Shown here piece after piece: positions 1 through 12,907 of a stretch of DNA of 64,000 nt. Positions within the stretch are counted from its first letter, which is position 1; each line of letters opens with the position of its first letter. Under the pieces are notes generated by a model. It had not been told where the DNA came from. It did not search any database and saw only the letters and a program-made list of their open reading frames with translations. This DNA comes from Yuukianura sp. NJ FZ-2021 (lineage: Eukaryota), in assembly GCA_046563655.1 (NCBI GenBank), contig CM102289.1, positions 8,804,001-8,868,000 on the forward strand, in the 5' to 3' direction. Made by a program: the position numbers and the translations under genes.

Positions 1-390
1 GGGGATGAAAATAATAATAATAACTCCAACGACGCCGACTATTATTTCCTCGACACAATGCAACTCTGGGCTGTTAGGGTTTGCTTTTCTCAGGGGTTTC
101 AAAAGGGAAAACTTCATCAAAAATCATGGGAGTTTAGAGTTTAGAAAGTGTGGGGAAGCATATGGTTTTAATTAGGGTGAAAGTGTTTTCGGTTGTTCCC
201 GGCCGCTCTTTTCAAATAAAGTCCAAAAAGTTAAGAGCTACGAACCAAATTGACTGGGAAGGTTGAACTTGTGTCCCTTATTATGAGAAGACACGCGTCT
301 CTCCCTGCGCAACTTATGCATTAATAATTCCACTAATCCATTTCACTAAAGTTTTAGATTAATAGACACAAACCAGTTTTGGAGTAAAAG

Positions 391-455
391 TTGGTCGGAG
401 GAGGATTTGAACCCAGGGAGACCCAAAAACAAGCTTAACACTTCGCCACACGAAC
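391..455 (-). pseudogene. tRNA-derived element (SINE head or degenerate tRNA pseudogene)
   Basis: Minus strand reads GTTCGTGTGGCGAAGTGTTAAGC...GGGTTCAAATCCTCCTCCGACCAA. It has a Pol III A-box-like TGGCGAAGTGTTAAG (448-434) and a B-box GGTTCAAATCC (413-403). No credible anticodon arm is present. Confidence 0.5.
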
Positions 456-1679
456 AACTTTCACTTTGTGCCATTTTGTTTTCACCGCATTCAAGACATT
501 GGCCACTTTTTTAAAAAATTCACCGTGTTTTTACGACTGAAGTAAACTGACCGAATCATGTTCGAATCTAATTGAAACGAAAGTAAAATTTTTATTTCAA
601 TGGCGGGAATTTTCAAAAAACATATTTAGAAAAGACGTTTTTTTTTGAGTTTAGAGGAAAAGAGAAAGGGTTAATTTTTCTCGTCACTTGAGTTAGCACT
701 CGAATGATTTTTTTTTGGCTTTCTTTTTTTTTTTTTTAGTTTTTTTTTTTTAGAAAAGTTTTCCATTTTGGTTTTTTCTTGGGCTCTACTGGTTTTAGTT
801 GGAGAAAGTCGGGCTGGTTTCGAAGCTTAGTTTTTCAGCTTTCCAGCGTTCTATTTGCTATGCATGTAAAGTAAAACGAGAAAAGAAGAAGGTTAGGTTA
901 AAGCTCTACGACGTCAGTTGAAAGACTCATTCTGCCGGAATTCTACCCAATTTACATTATTCACGTGAATTCAAATGAGGGTGGCATTCTAGTACTTACT
1001 AGAGACGTAGAGCAGCACACTAGACACTTGAGGACTTTCAGAATTTCAGAGTTGAAGAGAAAAAAAATTGGAGAAAGTTCTTAATGCATGAATTCTTTCT
1101 CCTCCTGCTAGCTACTGCTTTCGCTTTCAAAAAAAATCAAGGAAAAAGGCTTGGAGGACTTCTTAGCTTTTGGCAAAGAAAAAAAAAGCTCTCTTCTTTG
1201 TCAAGATTCAAAGACGAAGAAGATGAGGACGAAATCCACTTCAACTTTAATCAAACTTGGCGCATTTTTTTTCAAAACGTAAGACAGGCATGTTTATTTG
1301 ATTTAAAATGTCGACTTGCTCTCACCTTCTACTTTCTCTCCTACTTTTTTTCTTGAGTGAACGTTTGATCTCTGAAGCGTGATATTAAAAACTTCCCAGT
1401 TGAGTCCCTCTCTCCAACGCACTTTAATCATAAAAATTCTAATTTGCCCATGGCTGAATTTTAAACATTTTTGGAGGTTTCTTTCTTTACTTTCATTATT
1501 TCCGCTTCACAGAATCACTTAATTAGAGAAAGTAAACCGCTCATTAGACGCCAGAAAAAACTCAAGTTTTCACTTTTTTGTTGGAACAAATGTTTGACCT
1601 CCTTTTTATTCAAATTCTTTTAAAACTCTGCATTTTTTTTGACTTTTTTTGAATGTTGATAATTCCCGCCATTTCTTCT

Positions 1680-3539
1680 TTACTTTTTAGTCGAAACCGG
1701 AGCGACCTCTCCCGGTTCTATAATCTTCACACGCATAGTGGAATCAGGACGACGATGGAGTATGCTTGACTTTGGCGTTGCCGCTAAAGAACCAATTGAT
1801 TTGTCTTCAAAAATTGTCTTATTGTCCAGGTTATCCAGATTTTCTCGTTTCACTTTCGTGTCTGCTATGGTTTGTTTCATTGGATAACGTTTTGGATTTC
1901 GCAGAACTTGAAAAGCCTTGATAATTTCTGCGCCGATAACGACATCACGGAATGCTTTTCTGGTCTTCCTAACTTTCCGAATGATTTCAAGTGTTTGAAA
2001 AGCAGCGGCCTCTCGGAGTCGAAATTTACTTTGAAGAAAAGTAGAATCACGCAGACGCAGTTCATTGTTCAAAGGTCGATCCAGATGAATTTCTGTTGCT
2101 AATGCTCTGAGTCTCATTGGAAATGGATTGTTCAATTTGTAGTACCGAAATAACACGATGCCCATTTGGATCAAATCTATCGGCAGCCGCCACCATAGGA
2201 AGCTGAAAAATGTTTTGAAAAAGTGCGGTTTGAAGCGGGATCGAAAAAAGGCTTCCAAAATCACTGCAAATATGAACAAAAATTCAAAGATTTTGGCAAA
2301 AATAGATTTCTGGAGATTCAAAAATTTCAAAATTTTTAAATTTGGTTTGAAATTGTACGTACTGAGGCATGTACGGATAGACTGACAGACGAGCCAGTAG
2401 ATACCAAAATCCGAAGTGTTTTTGTCCTCCATGTACAACAATGTTGCAGAAAATAGGCAGTGAATGCAGTCGGCCCAAATGAGCCAAATGTCTCCGTTCC
2501 CAAACATTTTGTCACAGTTGTAAATTTGAGACATAAACAGATACTCAATCTATCCAAATCAAAAATTTTTAAAAAACTATAAAATTCTGGCTAAAATTCG
2601 CATTTTTTGCCAAAAAATTAATGATTTTTTGCAAAATTAAAAATTGCTTTCACTTAACCTGCATTTTGCGTGTCAAAATAGTAAAAGTGTCTTGTGCCGA
2701 CAAAATGACATCAAAACTTGCAACAAGGTGGACCATCCACTTGGCTATTCTCTGAGTCCTGGTCATCAGCACATCATCTTTCGAAATATGTAAAACATCA
2801 TCTTGGTCCGAATCGGGCTCATCTTTCGACAGTTTCTTCTTCGCTCTCCGCCAACAACTTTTTTCTTCCTCTTCTTCTGGCTTGTCATCTCCAAATCCAC
2901 GCATGATATCAATCACTTCGGCTTCTGATCGAGCCAAATCCAGTAAATCCAACTTGCGATGCTTGGATTTCGTTTTGGCCTCCTGCGCAACCGTGGCCAT
3001 GGAGTCATTCAGAAGAACTTTTTTAAGTTCGACGTCCAAGGCTGACGCAGGCGTGAAACCAAGCTTTGGACGTTCTTTGTGCTTAGTGGGAACGCCAATG
3101 GAGGAAATCCGGTACCGAACGCCTGGAACTGCCAAGAAAAATTCAATAAATTAAATTACTTTTTATCATAATTAGTTTCAATATGAGTTTAAAAATTTTC
3201 AATGCGCTTGTGCTGCTCTGATTACCGCGGCCGCCTCTTTCTTCATCCTAGAAAATTCAAACAGTTTTTAAAAATACATGTGTAAAAAGTGTAAATCTAA
3301 AAATGTTTTATAGTTTTTAGTTACTCCGGAACTTTGACTGCCCAAGTTCTGCTTCTTTTTACGTTTTCTACAAAAACATAGTTTGAACGGCATTATTTAC
3401 ATTGAATTTTTCAAATTGCTTTGAAATTATTCCAAGTTTGGACATCTTACTTTAACTTTTTCTTCTTTTTGGGGTTCGGTTTAACTTTTTCTTCTTCTTT
3501 TTCAGTTTTCTCTGCCTCGTTTGCCGGCGTTTTCTCCAT
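1680..3539 (-). CDS. Uncharacterised multi-exon protein with a Lys/Glu-rich N-terminus and a hydrophobic, probably membrane-spanning, central part
   Basis: ATG at 3539 (MEKTPANEAEKTEKEEEKVKP). Exons ~3539-3451, 3367-3325, 3247-3226, ~3128-2659 and 2549-1680 join in frame through GT-AG introns and link ORF-track ORFs 2650..3135 and 1680..2534. No family recognised. Confidence 0.7.
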
Positions 3540-3985
3540 GTTTTTAGCGCGTGGGCTTTCAAAGGAACGTTGACACGAATAACTGTACTGACGTTGTCAA
3601 TGTCAAAAACAAAGCAATCCAAATCGGATTAAAAAACGCATCACGCTGCTGATAAAAAGGTGGACCATTATGCATTGCTTTATTTGTTTAAAACCAGAAT
3701 CGAAAGAACAAAGCAGTTGTTACAGGAGCAGCAGAGAAGCTAAAAACAAAAATGTTTTGAATTGAAAGTCTTTCGCAATTAGTTGCCATGTCGAACTCTC
3801 CGATTTGAATCAATTCAAAACTTTATTGGCAAACAAATTCGACAAAAAAGTTGTGAAAATCGAATCAAATTCTACTTTTATTTTGGTAAACCATTTTTGG
3901 CAATTGGTCAAAAAACTTTGCACAAAATTTTTTTGTTCAGTTATGGACAGACAAAGAGTCTTAGTTTAGTGACATTGAATATAAG

Positions 3986-5974
3986 ATGGTGACAAATGCT
4001 GGACGAAAGCGACGGCTAATCATAATGTTTACGTTAACGTTCGTGTACATGATTGCTGAACTGGTTGTGGGATACTGGACAAATACGACGACGCTTCTGA
4101 CCGATGCGTATCACATGCTCAGTGATGTCATCGCTCTGGTCATTGGCTTCATTTCAATTCACGTAATACAAAAAAAATATTTTTTGAAATATTTTGGTTT
4201 TAATTTAAAGCATGATTGTTAAAAACTAATACCTGCAACATTGAGAAATTCAAAATTCGACAAAATCCTTTTGAATTTTCTGATTTCAAATTTTTTTGAA
4301 TTTCCAGCTTTCGCCCAAAAAGTGGGAAAAAAACACTTTCGGGTGGGCTCGAATGGAAGTTTTAGGTGCACTGGTGAACGCCGTGTTTCTTTTAGCCCTG
4401 TGCTTCACAATTGTGATGGACTCTATTCAGAAACTGATCACCCCGGAGCCCTTGAGGGAACATGTTGTCATCCTCATCGTCGGAGGCGGAGGACTTCTTA
4501 TGAATCTGATTGGCCTGGTTGTTTTTCACGGTTTGATTAATTCAGCAACTTAATTACAAATTTATCCTAAATTTTCAAAATTATCTGCACATCACAGAAC
4601 ACACTTCCAAAGAAAACGATGCGTCCGAACCTGTTCAGCGCGAGAGAACCTCGTTGATTCAAAATCAAAATCGACTTACACGCATCATCGTTCCCCAAAT
4701 TGTTCCATCTACGATTCCCACGGATGACATCAAATCAAGCGCGTCGCCTAAAACGTCTGATGGGTCACCCGTAAAAAAACAGTCTGTGGACGGACCGAAT
4801 TCGGTGAAGACAGATTCCGGCAAACTGGAAAATTCAGACCATTCCGCGCCAACGGTGCAAGTCAACGATGCAAAACCTCCACACATTACTAGAACTTCAA
4901 TAAAGAAGGCCAAGAAGAAGAAAAACGTAAATTGAAATATCAAATCCTCAAATGATCTTAGTTTTTATGTGATTTTTGAATTAGATGAACATGAGATCTG
5001 TTTTTCTGCATTTGTTGGCTGACACTGCAAATTCCGTTGTTGTGATGATCGCTGCGGGAATCTCTTATGCAGTCCACCTGAAAATTGGAGCAGATTACAA
5101 TCAATCTGTAAAATGGAAGTGGGTGGACTACGTTGATCCGGTTATGTCCATCATCATCGTTGCTCTCATTTGCGCTTCAACTTATCCATTGAGTAAGCTC
5201 ATCAAAAAAAAATTAGGCACAACTTTTCAAAAAAAAAAAGTTTCAAAACGATACTCGACTGCTAAATACTTTAGGCAAAACATTTCAACGCTCATTTTGT
5301 TTTTCAGTTCAAGAAACTTCCAATATTTTGTTACAAACTGTTCCCTCACATGTTTCCGTAAGTGTCTTTTTTCAAAATATACGTTTTTGAAAAAAAACAG
5401 GGAAATTTTTTTTTTCAGATGAAAGTCTTAACCGAAGAGTTGTTGGCCGAAGTCAAAGGGATTTCTGGTATTCACGAATTCCATGTTTGGCAACTTGCTG
5501 GAGACAACTTCTATGCTTCCATTCATGTCAAGTGAGCACTCTAGTACAATTTTTGGAGATTTACAGTAACGGATTACCGTAAAGTCTCAATTTTTAACAA
5601 TTTCTGTAGCTCTATAGTGACAGATTACCGTAAAGCCTCAATTTTTTTTGAATTTTTGGAGGTTTACAGTGACAGATTACCGTAAAATAAAAAAAATATG
5701 CGCTAATCCTTGCTGTTTTTGTTTTAGATGTAAAAGTTTAACAGACTACGAACGAATCTCGAGTGAAGTCAAAACGTTTTTCCATCGACGCGGGATTTAC
5801 GAAACTACGATTCAAGCTGAGCTTAAGGGCGATAGTGTGATTCATGGAGTGAGCAGTGACTTCTGTTTGGTCATTCCAGACCCAGATCCAGAAACTCAAG
5901 GAATCCAGATCAATTTGACGCCATCTTTAAAACAACAGGGACCCATAGTAGAGCCAAAATTAAATCAAAAATGA
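3986..5974 (+). CDS. Cation diffusion facilitator, ZnT1/SLC30A1 (ZnT63C)-like zinc exporter, paralog A
   Basis: Exons 3986-4162, 4308-4530, 4598-4926, 4985-5192, 5308-5357, 5419-5531 and 5728-5974 join in frame. CDF motifs: TDAYHMLSD, NTFGWARMEVLGALVNAVFL, NMRSVFLHLLAD, YVDPVMS, IHEFHVWQL. Confidence 0.93.
5560..5685. repeat. Three copies of a ~23-bp motif (TTACAGTGACAGATTACCGTAAA-like) in the last intron of ZnT paralog A
   Basis: Copies start near 5561, 5613 and 5664, a period of about 51 bp. Confidence 0.6.
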
Positions 5975-6049
5975 GTTAACTCCTGTTCCAAATTTTAAGT
6001 TCAATAAATATCGAATAAATTTCGAAAAAATCAAAATTGGCGGTTAGCG

Positions 6050-6063
6050 TCACAAGAGGGCGC
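6050..6063 (+). promoter_or_regulatory. Candidate CTCF-like site between the two ZnT paralogs
   Basis: TCACAAGAGGGCGC resembles the CTCF core CCASYAGRKGGCRS. Motif match only. Confidence 0.3.
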
Positions 6064-6309
6064 CTCTTTTCAAGTGTTTATTTGGGTTGAGAGGTAATTA
6101 TTTTTACAAACAATGGAAAATTAGTATTTAATGGAGCAATTTAGGCAGTTTTAGAGCCAAATGCACGTGTAAACAAAGGTGGTGGAAGCCCATTGAGTTT
6201 CAGAATTAAGCTTTTAGTTTGTGACCTTAAACAGTCGAACCGAGATTTCTTTTTTGTTTAGCGAAATTCAATTTTTTTTTGAAAAGTTCGTTCAATAAAG
6301 GAATTCTAA

Positions 6310-7902
6310 ATGGAGTGGAGATTTAAACTTGGAAAACAGAAGCGTTTGGCCATAATGTTTCTGATGACTGGAAGTTTCATGTTGACTGAGCTTGTGGTAG
6401 GCTACTGCGGAGATTCTTTGACGCTTGTGGCCGATTCGTTCCATATGCTAAACGACGTCGCAGCACTCGTAGTGGCATTTGTGACCTCAAGTTTATCCAA
6501 AAAACCTTGGGCCAAAAGTACTTTTGGATGGGAACGCGCAGACGTGGTGGGAGCCATGGTCAACTGTGTATTCCTTTTGGCCCTGGCTTTCTCCATTTTA
6601 GTAGAGGCAATGAAGCGGTAAAGTTCAAAATTTTAAAAAATTTAACATTTAACACGCTTTTTTTTAAAACATTGTTTTTATACTACTAGATTTGTCCATC
6701 CTGAACCAGTGATTGAACCACGGTGGGTTTTTTCCGTCGGAGTCTGTGGATTAGTCATCAACCTGTTAGGACTTTGCTTGTTCAAAGGTAAGGTATGTAA
6801 ATTTACAATAAGGTAATCTTAATTAGGACTAAAAAGTCAATTATGATAACAGATCATGCGCATAGTCATTCTACCACTACTGCGCAGCTTCCACATAAAC
6901 ATGATCCTGCACAGGTAGCGTCAAGTACACCATCAACTATTGTCATTTCAGCTGAGCCAGTTGTTCCGCAGCATCAGCATTCACAGGTACAAAATTTAAA
7001 TAAACATGGATACACTTTTTTTTTTATATTCAAGTATTTTGAAAATTGGACAGATGAATATGCGAGGTGTTTTTCTGCATGGTATGTTTTATTTTTGAAA
7101 ATTTTAATTTTGAAAGTTTATAAGGCTTCGGTTTATGAAGAAATTCTCGTTTTTAGTTTTAGCAGACACAATGGCATCTATCGCAGTACTAATTTCTGCA
7201 GCATTCGTGTGGGGCACAGAAGACATGCGCAGAGAAGATCCAAATTGCTGGAAGGTCATTGACTACATTGACCCTGCGCTGTCTGTTCTCATTGTCTGTC
7301 TCATATTTGTATCTACGTTGCCACTTTTATACCAAGCAGGGCTCATTTTACTTCAAGCGTTTCCTTCAACTTTAAATGTAACGCAGATCATAAAGTTATA
7401 TTAAAAACTTTGTGCAACTTCAGTTTTTATGAACATTATAACAAAAAACTAATTTTTTGAAAATGTAGATCGATGACATAAAGCGGGAACTTGAAAAAAT
7501 TGAAGGAGTTTCAACAGTAGAAGAACTGCACATTTGGCAGCTTACGGGAACAAAAGTTGTGGCGTCGACACATCTCAAGTAAAAGTCGTAAATCGGATTC
7601 GTAAATTCGTAGTCGTAAATCCGTAAATTTCAAAACAAAAACAAAACTCACATTTTTTTGGTTTCCCAGTTACACTGACCTCAACGAATACAACCGAATA
7701 AAAGACGAAGCCACGAACGTGTTCAGAGCGCATGAAATAAATTTCACCACCATTGAGGGCAACTTGGTCGTAAAAAATGGCGACTCTAACCATGTAAGAG
7801 TGCGATTACGGTATTCTTGACGCAACTTTTTAACAAAGTTTCACCATTTTGAAATAATACTTTTAGGAGTTGTTGCGGACTCAGAAAGTAACCATTGTGT
7901 AA
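6310..7902 (+). CDS. Cation diffusion facilitator, ZnT1/SLC30A1-like zinc exporter, paralog B
   Basis: Exons 6310-6617, 6690-6787, 6853-6986, 7054-7081, 7157-7377, 7469-7578, 7670-7793 and 7867-7902. Motifs: ADSFHMLND, STFGWERADVVGAMVN, His-rich loop DHAHSH...HKH...HQH, NMRGVFLH|VLAD, YIDPALS, VEELHIWQL. The last exon is less certain. Confidence 0.92.
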
Positions 7903-8969
7903 AAGATACAGTCGGCACTCCACAAACTGCTTTAATATTTTACATGTAAGAATCGTTTTGTATTAATTTGTAATATAAATATTAATTAATTAAAATAAGT
8001 AATTTCCCAAATTAAACCATAAATTTATTAAGAACCAAAGAAAGCATTATACATCGAGATATGTTAAGAACGACAACTACTTTCAGAACCTCAAGGACAA
8101 CCTTCTCCCTTCCATCAATTAATTCATCGATTAATGCCACTACAAGCATACTAAACCATAACCCTCACCTACGACAGCTTAAATGAGCCCATGGCTTTAA
8201 GTGTACGCGGGAATCTTGAAATTTTTTGAAATTTGAAAGTTTTTGAAAAAGCAAAAAACTAATAACCCCTCAATCGAGGGTAAAAAAGCACAAATTAAAC
8301 TGGAACAAAAAATTAAAACATAAAAGGAGCAAAATGAAAATTAAATCAAAAATATTTTTCCCCTGCCAAAAAATGCATTTACACTCCTCAAGTTTCGTTT
8401 TTTCAAGAAATCGTATGACAATTTCACAACTTCGATTCCAAATCAATCCAAACTCAAAATTTGTATAGTAAGCAAGGGAAACCTAATTAACACGGAGGTT
8501 CTGCCAGGGTTTTAACAGAACCTCAAAAACGTAGCAGTAACGTAAATTTACGCGCGAATAAAGTGAAGGATTTTGTTGCCTTTGCAATGTTCTTTCAGTT
8601 AATTTTGTAGTTCAACCCCGCTCCATTCTCTCCCGCCATCTTGTCGCTGCTTGTTCCCCTCCTCAGTGTAGGTGAGTTTTCCGCTGCACTTCGGAGTCAA
8701 GAAACCTTTGGTAAGAAAGAGCCTGGGGTCATCCACTAGTCCACGGTGGTGGTGAAGCATGTGCAACCACCGCAGAGCATCACTGAATCTGAAGGGGATC
8801 TTCGTTTTTAAATAAGTCCTCGCACATCTCATTTCTGCACGATCCAAAATTCAAAAAAAAAAATCATTGATAATGTTAACGATTACCCAGAAATGCAAAC
8901 TCAACTTTTTTGTAGAATTTAAAAAAAAACATGAAGTATTTAGCAACCTAAATCAACAAACCTTGTCTG

Positions 8970-11900
8970 TTAACCGCCATTGTGCCCGTTAGCCTTGTTC
9001 TTCCGATTCCGATTTCGACCACGATTTTGATAGCGAGAGATACGATCTAAGAAGATGTCTGCAAAAAATTGAAAAAACTCTGCACAAAACATCCTTTAGG
9101 TAAGAGTGGAAGTGGAACTTACAAGCAGATCGACAAATTGCAATTGGGTTGAAACCTCGATCCAAATCAATAGTAGAATCCAGCAAATCTTTAGCTCCAG
9201 TCAAGTAAAACACTCGGTAGTTGTCTCGCGTGTCATTGAAAAAGTTGACATCCGGTCTGGGACGTTTGATCTTCAACTGCTCCCGGATGTAGTTGCAAGA
9301 TTCGAGTATATCGAAAAATTCACTGAAAACAAAAGTCCGTTATCATCACTGCCAACATTTTTTAAAAACATACTGAACTAACCGTGACTCCTTGGTCTGA
9401 ATCATAGGATACTGTATGTTGTCAACTGGCACTTTGTCTTCCTTCCGCAACAGTTGAATGGCGTTTCTGTATGAAGCATTGGAGTTTCTCTCCAACCAAC
9501 GATTCGCAATACGAGCAATTCTGGATCCCTCTTCATTTCCATCCTTCAACTCATCCAATGCACGACTAACTGCAAGTTGATGGACAAAGGAAGAATTAGT
9601 TTCACAATTTCATAAATTAGCAATACTCTATGTCAACTTACCGGAAAATGGGAGCACGATACGGAATTTGGAGTGACGAGACATTTTCTGAATGATTCTC
9701 AAGTATTTCAAGACTGCACTCAGATCAAAGACCAGATAGACTTTGTCATCTTGATTTCTGGAATGATTATTGTATTCCCGACGAAGACGGCGCTGCTGGT
9801 ATTTCCCATTGATATTTTTCCCATCATCGTCTTCTTTATCTTCCGGAAATATCTATTGAAATTAACACACAGAAACATAAACCATCATGCTTTAAATCAT
9901 GCAACATAAATAATGTAACCTTACCTTGTTTCTCAATCTGCGACTAAACTTTTCCATTTGTATTTTCTTCATGTGTCTCTTGTATTCTTCAACTGATGGA
10001 ACGAGAAAAGTTTTCTCTGATCGGATCACCGCAAAAGCCTCTGTTCCAACCAGCCATTGACCAAATACCAAAAGTCGTCCAATCCTCGTCACCATCTGAC
10101 AATTGAATTAGTTTAGTTTAGTGTTAATTTAAATTGCATATTATTATAATCAATTAACTTACCATGCTGTTCTCCGTGATGCATTTTGCTGGAACGTTGT
10201 TGCTAGGCATCAGATGATTCCAGCCCAACATGCTCAAGTCCTCGGGTAATTCCAGTGAAAATAAATTTTCATCCAATTTTCCATCAGCCAGGCTTTTCCA
10301 ATCCCGGACTAATCGCAACTCAATTTCCTTCGCAGCAGCACTCTCTTCTCCTGTAAATTCATGATTGTTCCAGTTTTGTTTCAAAGCAGTACTCCAATTG
10401 GTAGATTCCAGTAGGTTGAACAGCTGACAGAACTCTTCCATAACTTCCTTTTCTGTGGAAGCAGCCAAAGCATGTTGAATGGGCAGCCAAGATTGTAACC
10501 AGCGTGTAAACGGCAGAACAGCAACAATAAGCGGCTCCACTTCGGCCCAACATGCTTGCAATCCATCCACTTCGATAACATTCTTCAGTTTCATGCTTGA
10601 GTCTTTGCCATTGGCATAGCCTGGCATCACTTCGTCTGAACTTTGTGACAACTTCAAAGCAGCAGCCTTGCGCTCTATTTCGATATCCGCTTGGTAAGAA
10701 ATGTCTGAAACTTCCGAAGAGTCCAATCGTCGTCTTGTCTGTGTGTAATCAAAGTGACTTTCCTCCAAATAGCAGTTCGGTTCATCATCGTTTTCATCAT
10801 CACTTTGTCCTTCATCTTCACTTTCAGCGTCACTCGAAGGCAAAGAAGAACCACTTCCGCGCAAGTAATCCGTAGATTCGCTGGCGTTGTCGTTCCAGTC
10901 ACTGTTGTACTCATCTTGGTGTATGAACGAATAGTAATCGTCTAATTCTCTCGGACGATTTCTTAAGACTCGCCTTTTCCCAAAACGTTGACCTTCTTGC
11001 TCCACGTCAAGTTCAACAGTGGACGTGTGATATTGATCTTTTGCGTCTGGAGGAAGTGAAGATGAAGTGGACTTGGACAAAGATTCTCCAGTTCCAGCAC
11101 TGTCGTCAGCTGAATTCGTATCGTCTTCCTCCAGTGATGAGATGTCCATGACTTCTTTCACTTTGCTATGACGTTTGAGAATGGCGGTCAAACGTTTCAT
11201 CGTGTGAACGAATATTCCAATTGCAAAGCACACAGCTTTAGACGTAATTGTGGATTCTGTAAAGGAATATACTCATTGCTAAGTAATCCAACGTACAACG
11301 TATCTCTGCATAGTCATTAGTCTATGAATGAACATCTTACTTGTTGTCAAGAGTTGCCACACAGTCATCATGCAGATGCTTACAATACGGAACATAAATC
11401 CTTTGTCCAAAGTTGAAACTCCATCGGCAAGAAGCAACACAAAGCTGGTAATAGTCTCTTCACACAACTAAACATTTGAAATAACAAAGAGTTAAGGAAA
11501 ATATTGACTTTCAACTCAATGTATATGTTGCTAGTTTGCTACCTTTTCACACTTGCCAAACGGTGCTGGCGTATCGCTGAAAAACTGGTTCAGCATCTTG
11601 ATGAAGTTGTGAGAAAATGTGTGTACAGGAGTATAAACAAAGGATCCCGATAAGGTTGCAAATGATACAAGTTGAGATTCCATCAGCTGACGAAGGTTGA
11701 CGAATGCCCCTGGGCACGGAGATTTCGCTGCCAAGCTATAAACAAACAGAAAAAAAGTTAGTAAATTTAGAACAGTAATATAATAACTTATTATTATAAG
11801 TTATTTTAATAACTTATCATAACTTACCTGTACAGAAAGTAGTAAATAGAGTCCAATCCGTTGTTCCTTTTCATGCTGAGATTGCCTAGCTGGTTATGGG

Positions 11901-12907
11901 CAAATCCTGACTCGGGATTAATTAGATATGCCTAGACAAAATAAACCAGGTTAGTTGAAAGTTATTCCGATTTGGAGTGAAATCAATAAAATAGTATATA
12001 TAAGCAATAGTTTACCTGTGTGTAGTAATCCTGAGCACGGTCGTAGTAACTCAAGTGAAGTTCCGGGTTATCCTCTTGGTGAAGATCACAAAGGTAGCGA
12101 CACAAGTCACCGATGTTTAGTAGCAGCAAGCGGTAAATATCCGCGGCCCATTCTTGATTATCAGAAGAGGATTCCCCTAAAGATAGAGTAAACATTAGTA
12201 CAAGATATGAGACCAGTTATATCATTGTGTTTTCGATTTAGTAACATACCAGAACTCCGTTCGTCGATCATAGATATGGGCATAATGTTGTCAAGTCCAT
12301 CCGGACAAAAACGGAGCTTCACGTGCTTAGTGTCTTCTTCTGTTTGCAATTTCAGCATTAGTAGGCTCAGCTGTCCAATTCCATTCATCATGTGTTGTTT
12401 CAAGTAAGCCTTGTCCAGTAATGACCACTTCGTTTTCTACAGAAATAACACAAAACTAAGCAATTGAATTGAAACCTTTGAGAGTATTCAATAGTTTCAC
12501 ATACCTGCTTCAACCGTTTGGCTCTCGATATTGGTTCGTAGTAAACGTATCTCCATAGCTTTTCTCTCCCTGGCACCCCGTTGGTCTTTGGTGCCTCAAA
12601 CATGTACTGTTCACAGATGGTTTTCATCTTGTTTCTACGAGATATAAGGTCAACGGCAAACAGCGACTCGACAGAATTACATTTCGATGTCGCGTAATCC
12701 AATTGTCGTGCCATCTCCTGCATCGATCTACAGACAAGCACAACTTTAGTTACACTGTGTTTAGTAATAAATAATCCTTCATATACAAAATGAATCGTGT
12801 AAGTTAGCTTACTTGATGCCATTTTTGGGGGTCTCATCTCCAGCTTTAGAATTAAGGTTGTTGACCTGTTCTATCTCTGCTGGTTCTGCCTTCTTAACGA
12901 CACCCAT
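8970..12907 (-). CDS. SMG5: SMG5-like nonsense-mediated decay factor (EST1/14-3-3-like domain, acidic insert, degenerate PIN domain)
   Basis: About 12 exons. EST1-like N-terminus (REKLWRYVYYEPISRAK; SGFAHNQLGNL) and a long acidic insert (ORF 10154..11233). C-terminal PIN VYLVFDLSAVLKYLRIIQKMSRHSKFRIVLPFS/VSRALDELK...ARIANRWLE lacks the SMG6-type Glu. Start ATG 12907, or 13017 via an upstream exon. The stop at 8970 assumes an intron at 9122-9059. Confidence 0.85.

Noticed and set aside
1..1360. Open frame at the window start and ORF 1084..1356
   Set aside because: No recognisable domain, and homopolymer-rich. It may be the leader or intron of a gene extending out of the window, but this cannot be supported.
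2310..2362. Intron-like AT-rich segment inside ORF 1680..2534
   Set aside because: The candidate GT-AG introns are 49 or 53 nt and would shift the frame, while the ORF reads through, so it was left unspliced.
3600..6309. Metal response elements (TGCRCNC) in the ZnT promoters
   Set aside because: Only near-misses were seen by eye (TGCACAA, TGCACGT), with no full consensus.
9383..9852. Assignment of the PIN-domain gene as SMG6
   Set aside because: There is no long N-terminal extension, the PIN lacks the second acidic residue (SRALDELK), and the acidic insert splits the EST1 domain as in SMG5.
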